Counted from the first letter of the stretch, positions 37,837 through 51,298 are shown. The stretch: DNA of 64,000 nucleotides from Protoeuglena noctilucae (GCA_958009085.1 OY253676.1:930001-994000); one strand, 5' to 3'. Made by a program: numbers and translations. Notes: generated from the letters alone by a model not told the origin.

Positions 37837-38971
37837 ATGGTGAGTTCGCGGCCTCTCTGCGGGCCCGGGCACCCTGGGATCGGGCCCCTCCCCACGACGG
37901 GCGGTCATGGGGCATCGAACAAAGGTTATGTTGTCGCATGGGGAGGTCGGGCCCCTGCGGCGAGGCCCCCGGCGATCGTTCGCTCTCGCGGTCGACCGTT
38001 CCGTCGCTCTCGCGTCCGGATGGGTGGCGCCGGCGTTTGTTCGAGCGCTAGTTAGTTTGCTGCGCGTATCGCGCGGCCACGGTGGCCCGCCCGTTGTGAC
38101 CCGGTCGCGCCTTGGCTCTTCCGCGTGCGTCCGTGCGCCCTGTTAGGCGGCATGCGGCTCACCTGGGCTCTCTGCCGGCATGGATGGTCGCTGAGGGGCT
38201 CCCCGGGTCGCCGGCACCGCAGGCCGACGAGGGTCGCAAGAGGACGTTCAAGAAGTTCACGTTCCGGGGGGTGGAGCTGGACAAGCTGCTGGACATGAAG
38301 ATGGACGAGCTGGTGGACCTGCTGCACTCCCGCGCCAGGAGGAAGTTCGCCCGCGGGCTCAAGCGGGGCGCCGGGACGCTCATCAAGAAGATTCGCAAGG
38401 CCAAGAAGAACGCGGCGCCGGGGGAGAAGCCCGACGTGGTCCGCACTCACCTCCGTGACATGGTGGTGCTGCCGGAGGTGCGGGGACCGGGGCCGGGGCG
38501 GATGGCTGGCGCGGGGACCGTGGCGGCTGCGAGCGGCACAACTCTGGCTGCCCGGCGCGCCTCTCGCGCCCACGCGGCCCCTCGTCGCGTGCGCCGCAGA
38601 TGATCGGGTCCGTCATCGGCATCTACAACGGCAAGTCGTTCAACCAGGTCGAGATCCGGCCGGAGATGATCGGGCACTACCTGGGGGAGCTGTCCATCAC
38701 CTACAAGGTGACGGGGGACGCAGCCCGCGCTGCCTTGAGACAGTCTCGACAGCCCGGTCGGTCGAAGCGCTGCTGTAGCGTACAGCAGCGGTCGTGATGT
38801 TACGACTGGGCCGGGAGGCGGAGGCCTGCGCGTCTGTGCAGTGCTTAAAAACGCAGGGCTGTTCCTGCGCTGTTCAACAACCCGCCCTCTCTGTTTTGCG
38901 TGCAGCCCGTCGCCCACGGCCGCCCCGGTATGCTGGCCCAGATGGCCAAGTTCATCCCTGTCGCCAAGTAA
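37837..38971 (+). CDS. RPS15: 40S ribosomal protein S15 (uS19)
   Basis: ATG-only first coding exon (ATG|gtgagt), then [25 protein letters not shown]...[60 protein letters not shown]. Confidence 0.97.
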
Positions 38972-39497
38972 GGCGGACGCGGGTGTGGGGTGCCCGGACA
39001 GACAACGAGGGCGGTCCATGGCTTTGCTGGCACTCCTTGGCTTCCGGGTAGACTTCCCGTGTCGGCATGCGGTGTGCCCGACAGACGCGGCCGTCAACTG
39101 TGACGGGTCGAGAGGCCCGCCGGTAGTTGAGCTTTGAATCGGGAGTCAAGCGAAAAGACGTGCGGTGCCGTGACCGTCCCCGCGGAGGCGTCGGGCTCCG
39201 GACGGCTTGCTGCTGCGGTCCCTGAGGGAGTGCAAAAGGACGGCCACATGTCGGGCGCCTAGGTGGGCCGCGATGTCCGGCTCATCGAGCCGGCAAAAGC
39301 TATGGAAACCGTCATAATGAACAGCATGAGATGCGTATTACTGTATTTTCGGACCTCGGTGGCGATGTTGACCCCGCCACCCTGGCTGGCAGTGCAGCAC
39401 GTCTATCCAGCGCGAGGGGGCCGACCGCGCCTCGGTCGCGACCATCGCCGTCGGTTCTGTAGAGCTCCGGCACCTCTGACGACAGGTGCGGGGAACG

Positions 39498-42400
39498 ATG
39501 CAGCCCATCGCTGTCGTGGAGGCGCCCACGGCGTCCCGGGCATGGACGATCCGCGGCCAGCGCCGGGGCGGGCGGTCCGCGCGATCGCTGGCCGGCGTGG
39601 TCGTGAGGGCTTCTCAGGCCTCGGGGTGGGGGAAGAGCGGTTCGGCGGAGGCGACTGTGGTGAAGGCGAAGGTGAGCTTCCGTGGCTGCGCAGAGCCAGG
39701 AGTTTCTCGCCCGGCTGCACGCCGTCTTCGGGTGGCCCGGACCCACAATCCGGTGCCGAGAGGTCATGCCTTGCATGTCCTGCCCTCGTGCCCCTTTGCG
39801 CACCGTCCATCGCGCGAGGCCGGCCGCCTTCGCTGCGGGCCAAGGGAGGCCAGGGCCCGAGCGCGAGCGCGGGGGCCTCCCTTCGTGCTGCCGGGACCGA
39901 TGTCGATTTGGCTGATGTGCTCCGCGCGTGCAAGGTCCCTCCCCGGCCCCGCCGGGAGCGAGATGCCGGGAGTTCGTTCTTGTGGACGCCGCCGCGGCTG
40001 GCTGTTGCTCCACGCGACCCTGCAACGTCGGCAACCGCATCCGTATTCATGTTCCTGCAGGGCACGAAGCGCTCGGCGGGCGCGAAGGCGACGTCGCGCG
40101 GCTCGCTCCAGGTCGTGGCTGCGGGTGAGGGCGCGGCCCAGCGCCGCATCTGCTCGTCTCTCGCGCCGCCTGATCCCATCCCTCGACTCTGCTGCATGTC
40201 GACCGCGCGTTTTGCTGCCGCGTGACCGCCGGGTGCCTTGTTTCGCGGCGCTACCTCGCCCCAGCGCGTGAACATCATCGGCTTTCTCCGCCCACGCCGC
40301 GCGACGGCCGGGCCGCGCGTGTCCGTGTGCGAGCGGCGTTGACTGTTTCCCGTCGCGTGATCACCAAGCGCGTGGTAAGGACGTTCTCATGCGTCCGGGC
40401 CGCCCCTGCTCCCGCAGCACGCAAGGTGGCGATGGAGAAGTACCGCAACATCGGCATCATGGCGCACATCGACGCCGGCAAGACGACGACGACTGAGCGC
40501 ATCCTCTTCTACACGGGCAAGGCAAGTCGAGCGCGTGGGCGGCACACCCTGGGACGTCGCTCGATGCAAGGGCGGGGCTCTGACCCCGCAGCTCCGCCTG
40601 CGTCGCAGTCCTACAAGATCGGCGAGGTGCACGAGGGTGCCGCGACGATGGACTGGATGGTGCAGGAGCAGGAGCGCGGCATCACCATCACGTCGGCCGC
40701 CACGACGGCCTCGTGGAAGGACCACCGCATCAACATCATCGACACGCCCGGCCACGTGGACTTCACCCTTGAGGTCGAGCGTTCCCTGCGTGTCCTCGAC
40801 GGTGCCGTGGCCCTCTTCGACGCCGTGTCGGGCGTGGAGCCCCAGTCCGAGACGGGTGCGTGCCGAGTCGGGCACGTGGCGCCGCGATCAACGGGAGGAA
40901 GGGGGTTGCAGAGTCGCGCAAGACGACGAAGTTTCCGCCGCTTCTCCCCGCAGTGTGGCGCCAGGCGGACCGCTACAAGGTCCCCCGCCTGTGCTTCGTG
41001 AACAAGATGGACCGCCTGGGTGCCGACTACGAGAACTGCATCAAGATGATCAAGACCAACCTTGGCGCGACGCCGCTCCCCATCCAGCTGCCCGTGGGTT
41101 CCGAGGACCAGCTGAAGGGCGTGGTGGACCTGGTGCGCATGAAGGCGCTGGTGTGGAACTCGGAGGACCTGGGGGCGTCGTGGAACGAGGTGGAGATCCC
41201 CGACGACCTGAAGGAGAAGGCGGAGGAGTGGCGCGCGCAGATGATCGAGCTGGCCGTGGAGCAGGACGACGCGGCGCTCGAGGCGTACCTGGAGGGCAAC
41301 GAGCCGGACGAGGCCACCCTCAAGGCGCTCATCCGCAAGGGCACGCTCAACTTCAGCTTCTTCCCCGTGCTGTGCGGCTCGGCGTTCAAGAACAAGGGCG
41401 TGCAGCCCCTCCTCGACGCCGTGGTGGACTACCTCCCGGCCCCCAACGACGTGGCGGCCATCCGCGGCGTGGCAGTGGACGATGCCGAGAAGGAGATGAA
41501 GCGGCTGTCGAGCGACGAGGAGCCCTTCTCGGCCCTCGCCTTCAAGATCATGTCGGACCCCTTCGTCGGCACCCTCACCTTCTGCCGGTGAGCGCCGCTG
41601 CGAGGGCCGCCGCTGCGGGGCTGGCGGGGTCGCTGAGGTGGTGGGTGCCATGGCAAGGCGTCGGTGCTTGCCTCTCCCCACAGCATCTACTCGGGCACGC
41701 TGGACGCGGGTTCCTACGTGCTCAACTCGACCAAGGGGAAGAAGGAGCGCGTGGGCCGCATGGTGGAGATGCACGCCAACTCGCGCGAGGACATCAAGGA
41801 GGCCGTGGCGGGTGACATCATTGCCATCGCGGGTCTCAAGGTGGGAAGCCGACAGCGGATGGCGCGCGCAGGGAAGCTGCGGGGCCGGGTCAGCGACGGT
41901 CTTCAACTCGTCTCCTCTTGCCACAGGACGTGAACACGGGCGACACGCTCTGTGACGACAAGGCGCCCGTCATCCTTGAGCGCATGGACTTCCCCGAGCC
42001 TGTCATCAAGATCGCCGTGGAGCCCAAGAGCAAGGCGGACCTGCAGAAGCTGTCCGAGGGCCTCATCAAGCTGGCGCAGGAGGACCCCTCCTTCCGCTTC
42101 AGCCGCGACGAGGAGACGAACCAGACGACGATCGAGGGCATGGGCGAGCTCCACCTCGAGATCATCGTCGACCGCCTCAGGCGAGTCTGAGGGGGGCAGG
42201 CACACTGACATGGGGTTGACAAGCGCCTGGCGCTTTCAGGCCGTGGCGTGACCCCCGCCCACCTCTCTCTCCCCCAGGCGCGAGTTCAACGTCGAGTGCA
42301 CCACGGGCGCCCCCCAGGTCAACTACCGCGAGTCCATCTCCAAGCAGTCGGACATCCGCTACGTGCACAAGAAGCAGTCGGGCGGGTCGGGGCAGTTCGC

Positions 42401-43169
42401 CGACGTGGCCATCCGCTTCGAGCCCCTCGAGGCGGGCACGGGCTTCGAGTTCGTCAGCGAGATCAAGGGTGGCGTGGTGCCCAAGGAGTTTGTGCCGGGT
42501 GAGCGCCGATGCGAGGCCAATTGGGCTGCAGTGGGTTGCGGGTACAAGGTGTTACGCTTTGCTTGCAGCAGTCGTCACGTGCGCCGTCCGCCCCGCTCCC
42601 CCCGCAGGCGTGCAGAAGGGTCTGGAGGAGATGATGGAGTCGGGCGTGCTGGCGGGCTTCCCCGTGGTGGACATGCGGTGCGTCCTGTACGACGGGTCCT
42701 ACCACGAGGTGGACTCGTCGGTGCTGGCCTTCCAGATCGCGGCGAGGCAGGCGTTCCGCGACGGCGTCAAGAAGGCCGCGCCCCGCCTGCTCGAGCCCAT
42801 TATGAAGGTGGAGGTCATCACGCCCGAGGAGTCCATGGGCGACGTGATCGGGGACCTCAACTCGCGCCGTGGCATGATCCAGTCCATGGGTGACCGCGCG
42901 GGCAACCTCAAGGTCGTCACGGCGTCGGTGCCCCTCGCCGAGATGTTCAACTACGTGTCCAAGGTGCGTGTATGGGCAGATGTGCGGCCCACAGCACGCC
43001 CTCTACCCCGACACACGGGATCCCCTGTGACCGTCCGCGTTCCTCGCGCCTGCAGCTTCGTGGCATGACCAAGGGCCGCGCCAACTACACGATGAAGCTG
43101 GACCGCTACGAGCCCGTGCCCCCCAACATCCAGGAGCAGATTGCCAAGGAGCGCAGCGCGGCTGCGTGA
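39498..43169 (+). CDS. fusA: Plastid-type elongation factor G; transit-peptide exons upstream of 40418 uncertain
   Basis: Motifs [78 protein letters not shown] and [10 protein letters not shown]. Leader exons are Arg/Ser/Ala-rich (..[10 protein letters not shown]). GC-AG introns 40522-40608 and 42181-42277. Confidence 0.96.
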
Positions 43170-44199
43170 GCCGCGACACTTTTACGCGGGGTTTCAGTGC
43201 CTGTCTGGATACCGATGTCTTCTGAATGAGCTCGCAAATTGGGCTCGGATCCGCATGCATGCATCACGATTGAAGAGCGGCGCACATGCCAGTTGTCGCC
43301 AGAGCCGTGTGGCTGCGCGCGCAAGCGGTCGCCCGCACGAACTCACGACGACATACGCGACACCTCCGTTGAGCCTTGCCCCTGCAGTCCTTGCCGCAGC
43401 TCTGCAGAGCCGGCCGGCATCTCTTGCTTGCAGATATAATCATGGCAACCGCCGATGCACCCATACAACGATTAATCGTGTCTCTGGCTGCGTGGAGCAT
43501 GCGCGTGCCGTGCAAGCCGCGTAGCTGCCCCAGAGCGGGCAGGTGCGTGCGCAGTTGAGGTGTGTGGCCTGCCCAGCAGCGACTCCTGGCAGCCGCGTGC
43601 ATTGGGTAATGTCACCGGTTCTTTGTATGACGACATGGGCCCGTAGCTTCGTTCTGCGGGCGCGATTCCGTTGGGACGGCACGCTTTTGGATGGGGGCGT
43701 GAGGGGCAGTGCCAGCAAAGGGTCGTGCATATGGCGTGGCGCTTTTTACTCTATGGGCGAGCGATCGCATCCGCGCGACGGTCCGTTTCGAGCGCGCCCG
43801 GCCTTGGCGTGACTGCCCTTCCCATGTGCATCCCCACGGGCCCCGCGCGCGTTGAAATTGCATCTCTGCAGCCTCATGTGTCCATTCTGTCGCGCTTGGC
43901 GTCGGGCCCTCCCGCCGCGCTCCCGTACCTGCGGCCCTCTGGCGACCTTCGCAGGGCTGCGGGCGAAGAATGAGGCATCGAGCGTCCGTGGCTCCCGGCA
44001 AGGAGGTGCGCGTGGGGGGGCTTTTGGTGGTGGACAGCGCGCCTGCCGCCGGGGGCCTGGGGATCCTCGGGCTGGCTGAGCATGTCGCTGCCGCAAGGCT
44101 TGGGCCAGCGCATGCCTGCAGGACTGAGGCGGTGCCTGAACCATAAACATCCTTCTCTTGTGACAATCCGGGACGATATCACCGTTTTCCTCGTCTGCA

Positions 44200-47100
44200 G
44201 GCGCCTGGCTTGGAGGGCCAGGGCAGGCCCAGCGAGGGAGTGCAGCCGTCGATGAGCACACGTCAGCTCTTCTTCGCGACCCGGACGCCAACGGGGGGTG
44301 ACTCGACCCTGGACCCCCCACGAAGACGTGAGAGCTGCGGGGACTCACTGTGCTGTCCTGGCTGACCAACCACCCGAATTTGCATCGGCAGGGGGTCGTC
44401 GCTAGGCCACTCACGTGACACAAGCGTCCCTCCCGCAGTTGCATGGCTCTCCGGGGGGTGGCACTGCCTCGCCATGTGCACGCTGGCGGCCTTCCTGACC
44501 AGCAGCGACGCAGGATCGGGAGGTAAGTGCCGCCCCCTCCTTAAGAGGACTGTGCCAGTGATGGTTTAACGTTGCAGGGGCCCCGTTCATGCGAAGATCT
44601 GCCCCGTTGCTGCCCCTGCGCCCTCAGCCGCCCGCCCCACCAGTGCCGCCCCAGCTGCCGCGTGGGCGGCCCTGCCGTCCGCCCTGGTCCTGACCGTCAC
44701 GGCTGCCCAGCGCTACCTCCACCTGAAGTGGCACGTCGATTTTGAGGACCGGTGGATGCTCCTGGACGCCGTGGACGTCCTGGCCGTGGCGGCCTTCATC
44801 GGTGAGTGGCGCCCATCGACGATTTGGCGAGGCAGCGTACCGGTATGCATCGACTACCGCATTGGATGTGGGGTCAGACACGCAGCGCTGGATGGCTTTT
44901 CGCAAGTTCGACGACGTTAGGGTGCCCGTGCCCTGTCCCTCGCTCCCAGTGTCGATGCTGGCGCCGGCAGACGTCCTGACTCCCGAGGGCGACTGGGTGG
45001 CGGGTGAGCTCGTCATCCACCTTGCAGGTGCATTGAGGCAGAGAGCGCGCTTGCCGTGCACCCTGGCACACCTCGTCGTCGCCTCTGCCGCAGACGGGGC
45101 ATGGGTGCGCCATCGCGCGGCATGGCCCGCCGTCGTCACGTCGCTCGGCTTTGCGCCCCTCCTCGTGGCCGCCACCTCCCTGCACAGGCGAGGACGCGGT
45201 CGCCTCTAAGCAGCAGGCTCGTATCTCCAGCGGCCCCCTGGGTGACATGCGAGACCCTCCCTTGCATCCCTGACCCCAGGTTCCTCTGCTGGCGTGCCGG
45301 GGCCATGAACACCCGCACCGCACACAGCACCACGGGTGAGCTTTGCAGTGCCAATGACATCACATCTTGGCACATGGACGGTGTGCGAATGTTGTTCCCC
45401 GCTTCCTCGCCACTGCAGCCGTCCGCACCCGCCGCGCTGTCCTCTTCGCCAACTGCGCCGTGGCCCTCCTGGCAGCCCTCACCGGCGCCCTCGCCTCCTC
45501 CTCCCTTTGGCTCGGCAACCACGCACAGTCCACGGCCCAGATGGAGACGGCAGCCGGTGCCCTTACGGCCGCCCTCGCCGCCACCTGCGGGGGCATGGCC
45601 AGCGACTCCGCAGCGGTGAGGACCTGGCTCCGCTCGCTTCCATTCGCTCGCTCGTTCCCCGCGATGCGCTCTCTTATCGACACGCCCACCTCCCCCAGGC
45701 CTGTGCGTCTGCGATCGCCTCCGCGAGCACGTCGGCGCCCGTCTGCCTCGAGGCCCTGGGCTTTGCGGTCGACGGCGCGACCCTCTACCGCGCCCCGGGA
45801 CTGTCGGCGGCGGAGTCGGCGACCCTCTCGGACGCGCTGGCGGGGCTGCTGGCGGGGGGGCAGGCGTGGTACGGCCGGGCGTGGGTGGCGGTGCGTGGCT
45901 CGGGAGGGTCCCACTCCGGCGTGGGGGTGTTCGCGGACGCGTGCTTCGGGCAGGAGGCGGGCGCGCTGGTGCTGGCCAAGGTCTTGGTCTCTGCCGCGGC
46001 CGTCGCGTGCATGCTCGCCCTCACCTGGTCCCTGTACCTCCGCGCCATCACCCCCCTCCTCCGCGCCCTGGGCGGGGTCATGTCCTGTGCCGCCTTCCTC
46101 ACCGACCAGGGCCTCGTCCTTACCCACGAAACCGACGCAGTGGACCTGGAGCCCAGCGTGGAGAGGGTCGTGCGCGCCATGCGGCTCCTCATCCGCGCTT
46201 CCTTCCGAGGGCGCAACGTCGTCAAGAAGGCGAGGCAGCGGGAGTGTGCCTGCGATGCGCCGCTGGCAGCTTCCTTGCCGTTGCTGTGGCGACCAAGCGA
46301 GAGTGGGATTCAGAAAGGGAGTAAGAGTGGCTTCATGCGTGCCCTCCTGCAGCTCCTGGCCGAGGCCGTCAACGCCACCGAGCACGACAGCGGCGTGCTG
46401 CAGATCTACGGCCTGGATTTGCGGGCCTGGGTCAAGCAGCGGCGGCAGTCGGGGTGGGTCGCCAAGCCCACGGGGCTGCTGCCGGGGAGGTGAGGGGAAG
46501 CGGGGTCTGCGTTTCGCGCGCTTCCTGCCTCGTGCATCCCAGTCCCTGCCACAACCTCTTATCCAACACCCCGCCTCGTTTCAGGGCGGACGAGGCCCCC
46601 CCTCCCTCGGGGCGCATGGAGGCCGCCGAGGGCATCACGGGTGCAGTGGCCGCCATGCCGGAAGCCAGCATGAGGCGGCCGTCCAAGCAGCAGAGCGAGG
46701 TGGGGGGCACGGTGGGGGGCGCGCTTTGAAGCGGGGCAGACTGCGCGCCATGCATGCCGCGCAGTTCTCAGCAACTGCCGTGCCGCCGCCCCGGTCTCTC
46801 TGGCCCACTTTACTGTGTCCCTGCCCGCCCCCAGATGCCCGGCTGGTTCCCTCTCATGAAGCGCAAGCCCGCCCAGTCGGGGGGCCTGTCCGCCGACTGC
46901 CGCGTGCCCTCCGCGCAGGGTGAGGGGCACGCGAGGCCCTGCTCGTGTACAAAAGGGTCTGGGCTGGCGCATGCAGATGCACATATGAAGGTGCCATGCT
47001 ACGCGCTCCTCCCCTGCCCCCAGGCCCCGCCGGCCTCCCCCCCTGCGTGTCCGTTCCCGACGTCCCCCCCTGGCTCCCCCACCTGGGCACCTTCGACTGG

Positions 47101-50100
47101 GACGTGCTGTCTCTGTCGGACGAGGCAGCCACGGAAGCCGTGGTGGAGATGTTCCGCAGGCTGGGGCTCACGGACCAGGGGCCGTGGTGAGACGCAGTCC
47201 GTGCGTGCGTGCGAGTGGGGCACACTTGTTATGCGAAGGAAATGCAGTGTGGCATGGATGGACTGCCCTGCACGACGATAGACGTAAGTTGCAGTTGCCA
47301 ACAGCGAAGGCAGACGCCCCCACACCATTCCCTCTCCTGCACTCCCCAGGGAGCCGGGTGTCTTCCAGAAGCCGGCGGTGTTCAAATCTCGGATGGGGGA
47401 CGCGGCATCGCGGAGGGACGCGTCACGCAAGGACCTGGCGACGGCATCGGTGAGGGAAAGGAGAAGGACAGCAGTGGCCTGCGCCTGTGTGTGGTTTTGT
47501 GCGTCTGCCAATGCACCTGCTGTCCTGCCTCTCTGTGTCTCAGGAGACGGGCGCCCGACTCTGGGACGACCGGGGGAGCATGCGCAGGGAGGAGGGCTCA
47601 AGGGCGGGGTCGGGGCGGCCGCTGGGGGTGGTGTCGGACGCCACGCTGGGGCGCTTCCTGCGGGAGATGCAGACGCGGTACAACAGGTGAGGGACACGCA
47701 TGTCACACGTGTCACAGGGGGGGTGCAGACGTGCGAGTGGGTATGCGCCGCGCACCACCGCATGCCACCCCTGGCAACTGCTTGCTCCACCCGCCTCCCC
47801 CCGTCTCCCAGCAACCCCTACCACCACTGGCGCCACGCCGTGGACGTGGCCCACTTGACCTTCGTGCTCCTCTCCCACGCCAAGTCCTTCCACGCCCGCC
47901 ACCTGTCCAAGGTCGACCTCCTCTGCGCCATGGTGGCCGCCCTGGGGCACGACGTGGGGCACCGGTGAGACGCGACGCGAGTGTGCGTGCGACACGAATG
48001 CAAGAGGCTGTCTGCTTGGCTGCGGCCGCCATGCATGTGTGTGCCGAGTCACCTGGACAATGCTCTCTCTGCCCAGCCCGACCACTGTCTTTGTCTCTCC
48101 CCGCAGTGGCGTCTCGAATGCCCACCTGGCCAAGACGGGGGACGTGCTGGCGCTGACGTACTGCTTCCGCGCCATCCAGGAGAGCATGCACGCGTCGGCG
48201 CTGCTGCAGGTGGTGCACCACGTGGAGGGGGCGGACGTGCTGGAGAGGCTGAGGCCGGAGGACGTGGAGGACGCCAGGAGATGCATCGTGGGTGAGGGTG
48301 GCTCATGGGGCATGATGCAAGCGGGTGGCTGATCATGCATCGTGGGTGAGGGTGGCTCATGGACATTCGCATGCGCCGCCACGGACCCTTCATGCTATGA
48401 CGCCGCTCCTCAACTGCACAGTCTCTCTCCTCTCGTCTCTCTATCAGACATCATCTTGGAGACGGACATGGCCTGCCACTTCAGCGCCGTGGGGGAACTG
48501 GAGGAGATGCACTCGAGGCTGTGCGCCAGGGCAGAGATGAGCCGGGTGAGGGGCATGGCTGAGATGGGTGATTGATGAGAGGCGATCATGTCATGGCTGG
48601 GTCGGCATGGTCATGGCATGGCACCCACCCGCGCCAGCATGCACACCCCCACCCATCCCCTCCCCCCCAGGTGTCGTCCGCGACCCTCGACTCCCCCCTC
48701 CCCGCCCGCCCCGCCCCCTCCGCCGACGCCGCCCCCTTAGAGCCCCCCGAGGCGCGGCAGCTCCTCCGCAGCCTCGTGCACGCCGCCGACCTGGGCAACG
48801 CCGCCAAGCCCACCCCCCTCCACGCGCGGTGGGCCTGCCGCGTCATGGCGGAGTTCTTCCGGGAGGCGGAGATGCAGAGGGAGCTGGGGATGGCGCCGCT
48901 GCCCATCATGGACCCCAAGGCGGTGAGGTCACAGCGCGACTGTTCACGGTGGAATGACCCAGGCAGCCAGGGCAGGGCTGGGTTAGTGTGCACCTCTCAC
49001 CATATCTGTCATGCGAGCGACACCCATTCATCCCCCTCTCCTTCCCTGTCCCAGTGCTACGTCCCCGCTGTCCAGATCGACTTTTTGGAGTTTGTCGTGG
49101 GTCCCCTCTTCGCCTCCCTGTCGAAGCTTCTGCCGGACGTGACACCGGCATTGGAGCGCATCGCTGCCAACCACGCCTTCTGGTGAGGAGCGAGGGATGG
49201 AGTGCGGAAGAGAACATGCAGCAGCGCTGTGCTCCTCTCCCTTCCACACGTCATGACACGCCATCCAAACCATCATAACCGCCCACCCACGTCCGCCCAC
49301 TCCACCCCCACCCCCTCTCCCCACGCAGGTGCCGCACGGTGGGATTCGACGCTAGCAGCTTTGCCGAGAACGAGGTCTCCGGCCACCCCAACGCGGCCGC
49401 GCTTGCCGCCACCTTCGCGCCGGCCCTCGGCCCAGCCGCCCCCGTCCCGTCCTTCCCCAGCCATCCCCAGGACTCCCGCAGAGGACCGGGCCTGCCCCCC
49501 GTCTCCCCCGCCGCGGCGCACCCGCACCCGCACCCGCCCCGCGCCCAGCCCCGCGCGACCCGGGCCAGCCGCCGCGCCCCCGCCGCGCCCCCCACCTCCG
49601 TCTCCCCCGCCCGCGAGGGTCCTCCCGACGTCTCGCGTAGCCACAGCAGCGTGGATGGCATGCGCGGGGGCACCCGCCCCTTCCGCGCCCGCCCCCGTGC
49701 CTCCGCCGACGCCGCTGGGCTGGCGGGGCAGGGCCCGCGGTGGGGCAGCGCGGGGGAGGGCCGCGCCGCCAGCCCCACGTCCAGCCGCAGCGCGGCCTCC
49801 TCGCACCCCGGCATCGGGGCGGGCGAGGGGGCGCTGTCCTCCAAAGGGGGGGAGGTGCAGGGAGGGACGACCAGGGGCGGCCGGTCGGTGGCCTTCGGGG
49901 CCACCGACAGCGGCGCGGGTCTGTCCGTGGACAGCGCTGCCCAGGCCCAGGCCCAGGCCAAGAGCGCGCGCAGTCGCGGGACGAGCGGGGTAGCAGGGGC
50001 GAGCGCCTCAGTGACCGAGGGGTCCCACCGCGTGCCCCCGGGCCCCGCCGCGCCTCTGCGGTTCGCGAAGAGCGAAGTCGCGGAGCTGGCCGCGTCCCCT

Positions 50101-50487
50101 GGGCCCCTCTCCCCTCGGGAGGACTGGGTGGACGCGGTGGCCAGGGCGGCGGACGGGGCGCGCACCGCCACGGAGCTGCGGGCGGCCATGCGCCACGTGG
50201 GGGCGCCCATCCCCCAGGTGAGAGCTGCCTGGACAGTGGAGAGCGGAAGAGCGGGGTGACTGTCGCTTTCTCCGCATCCGCCTGGACGCAGTCTGCGCCC
50301 CTCTGCTTGCCCCACTTCGTCACCAGCTCCACAGCCCCTCCCGCTCACTCATCCCTGTACCTTCCATCCCCAGAGCAAGCGAAACATGGACATCTCCGCC
50401 CGCATCGCCGACTTCCGCGCCAAGCTGGGCCTCGACCGCGTGCCGCGTGCCCGCACCGAGGCCTTCGACAAATGGGACTCTTCGTAG
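44200..50487 (+). CDS. Class I 3',5'-cyclic nucleotide phosphodiesterase with multi-TM N-terminal region (about 18 introns; 5' end may extend to about 43880)
   Basis: Catalytic motifs FDWDVLSL, NPYHHWRHAVDV, AALGHDVGH|RGVSN, IILETDM..H, LVHAADLGN, W...V..EFF and Q.DF.EFVV.PLF. Upstream exons splice in frame and encode several hydrophobic helices. Confidence 0.88.
48281..48362 (+). repeat. 28-bp perfect direct repeat spanning a PDE exon/intron junction
   Basis: ATGCATCGTGGGTGAGGGTGGCTCATGG at 48281-48308 and 48335-48362. Confidence 0.95.
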
Positions 50488-51298
50488 CACTGGCCGGTTT
50501 CGCAAGGGGATGGGCCGACGCGCATCCGGACAATGCAGCAGCACGATTGCCGGCAACCGGCCACTCTGTTCTGTTTTTTGCGCTTTCGCTGTGCTCCCGT
50601 CCGCTCTTTCGCCCAGCTTTCGTCACATCGCTTGTCCAGTGCCGGTCCCCGCCACCCCCTCCGCCGCGTCTAGAGCAGCGCTGCGCGAGCACGCGTCCCT
50701 TTGCGCGAGATCACGGCAGACCCTTGTCTCGGCAATATCGTGTCTCACCTTGTAGATAGAGGACGCCCGTAGACGTTTTGCTGCGCCTGCCCCGCAGCTC
50801 CATCCTACCACATCTCGTTCCCGGGCGCTTGTGCCGTAGCGCATTCCACTTCACTCCGCCATGAGACGCGTCCCTTTGTTCCTCCGCCGCTCCCCCCCCT
50901 CCCCCCCACTCCAGGCAGACTAGCGTGCAAGCGAGTCTCCCCATCGCTGTAGCAGCATTGGCGCTTAGGTGACTGGGCGCTCGCTTGTCGCTCTCGACAA
51001 TAGGTTGGCAGCCAACAATGCAGGACCGTGTGGCGAGTCCAGTGGCCGTGCCGCACTCAACCGAAGCCTCGCAGCTCAGCTCGGCGCAGGCGCGGCACTG
51101 CCCGCGTCGATGGTTGAAGTGCGCCTTAGCCACCCATGACACCTGATGCGTGCGCACTGCGCCGGCAGCGCCAGATCTACAAACAGCGAAGTTTCAAACG
51201 GGCGCGCCACAGCACCCTGCGTGCGGGCCAACCCAACCCTGTACGCACATTCAGGCAGGCCAGCCTTAGGTCCCTCCAGGTCCGCCCAGGCTCTCTCC

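Noticed and set aside
37840..38905. Possible intronic snoRNAs in RPS15
   Set aside because: I found no convincing paired C (RTGATGA) and D (CTGA) boxes or H/ACA structure by eye; an Infernal/Rfam scan would settle it.
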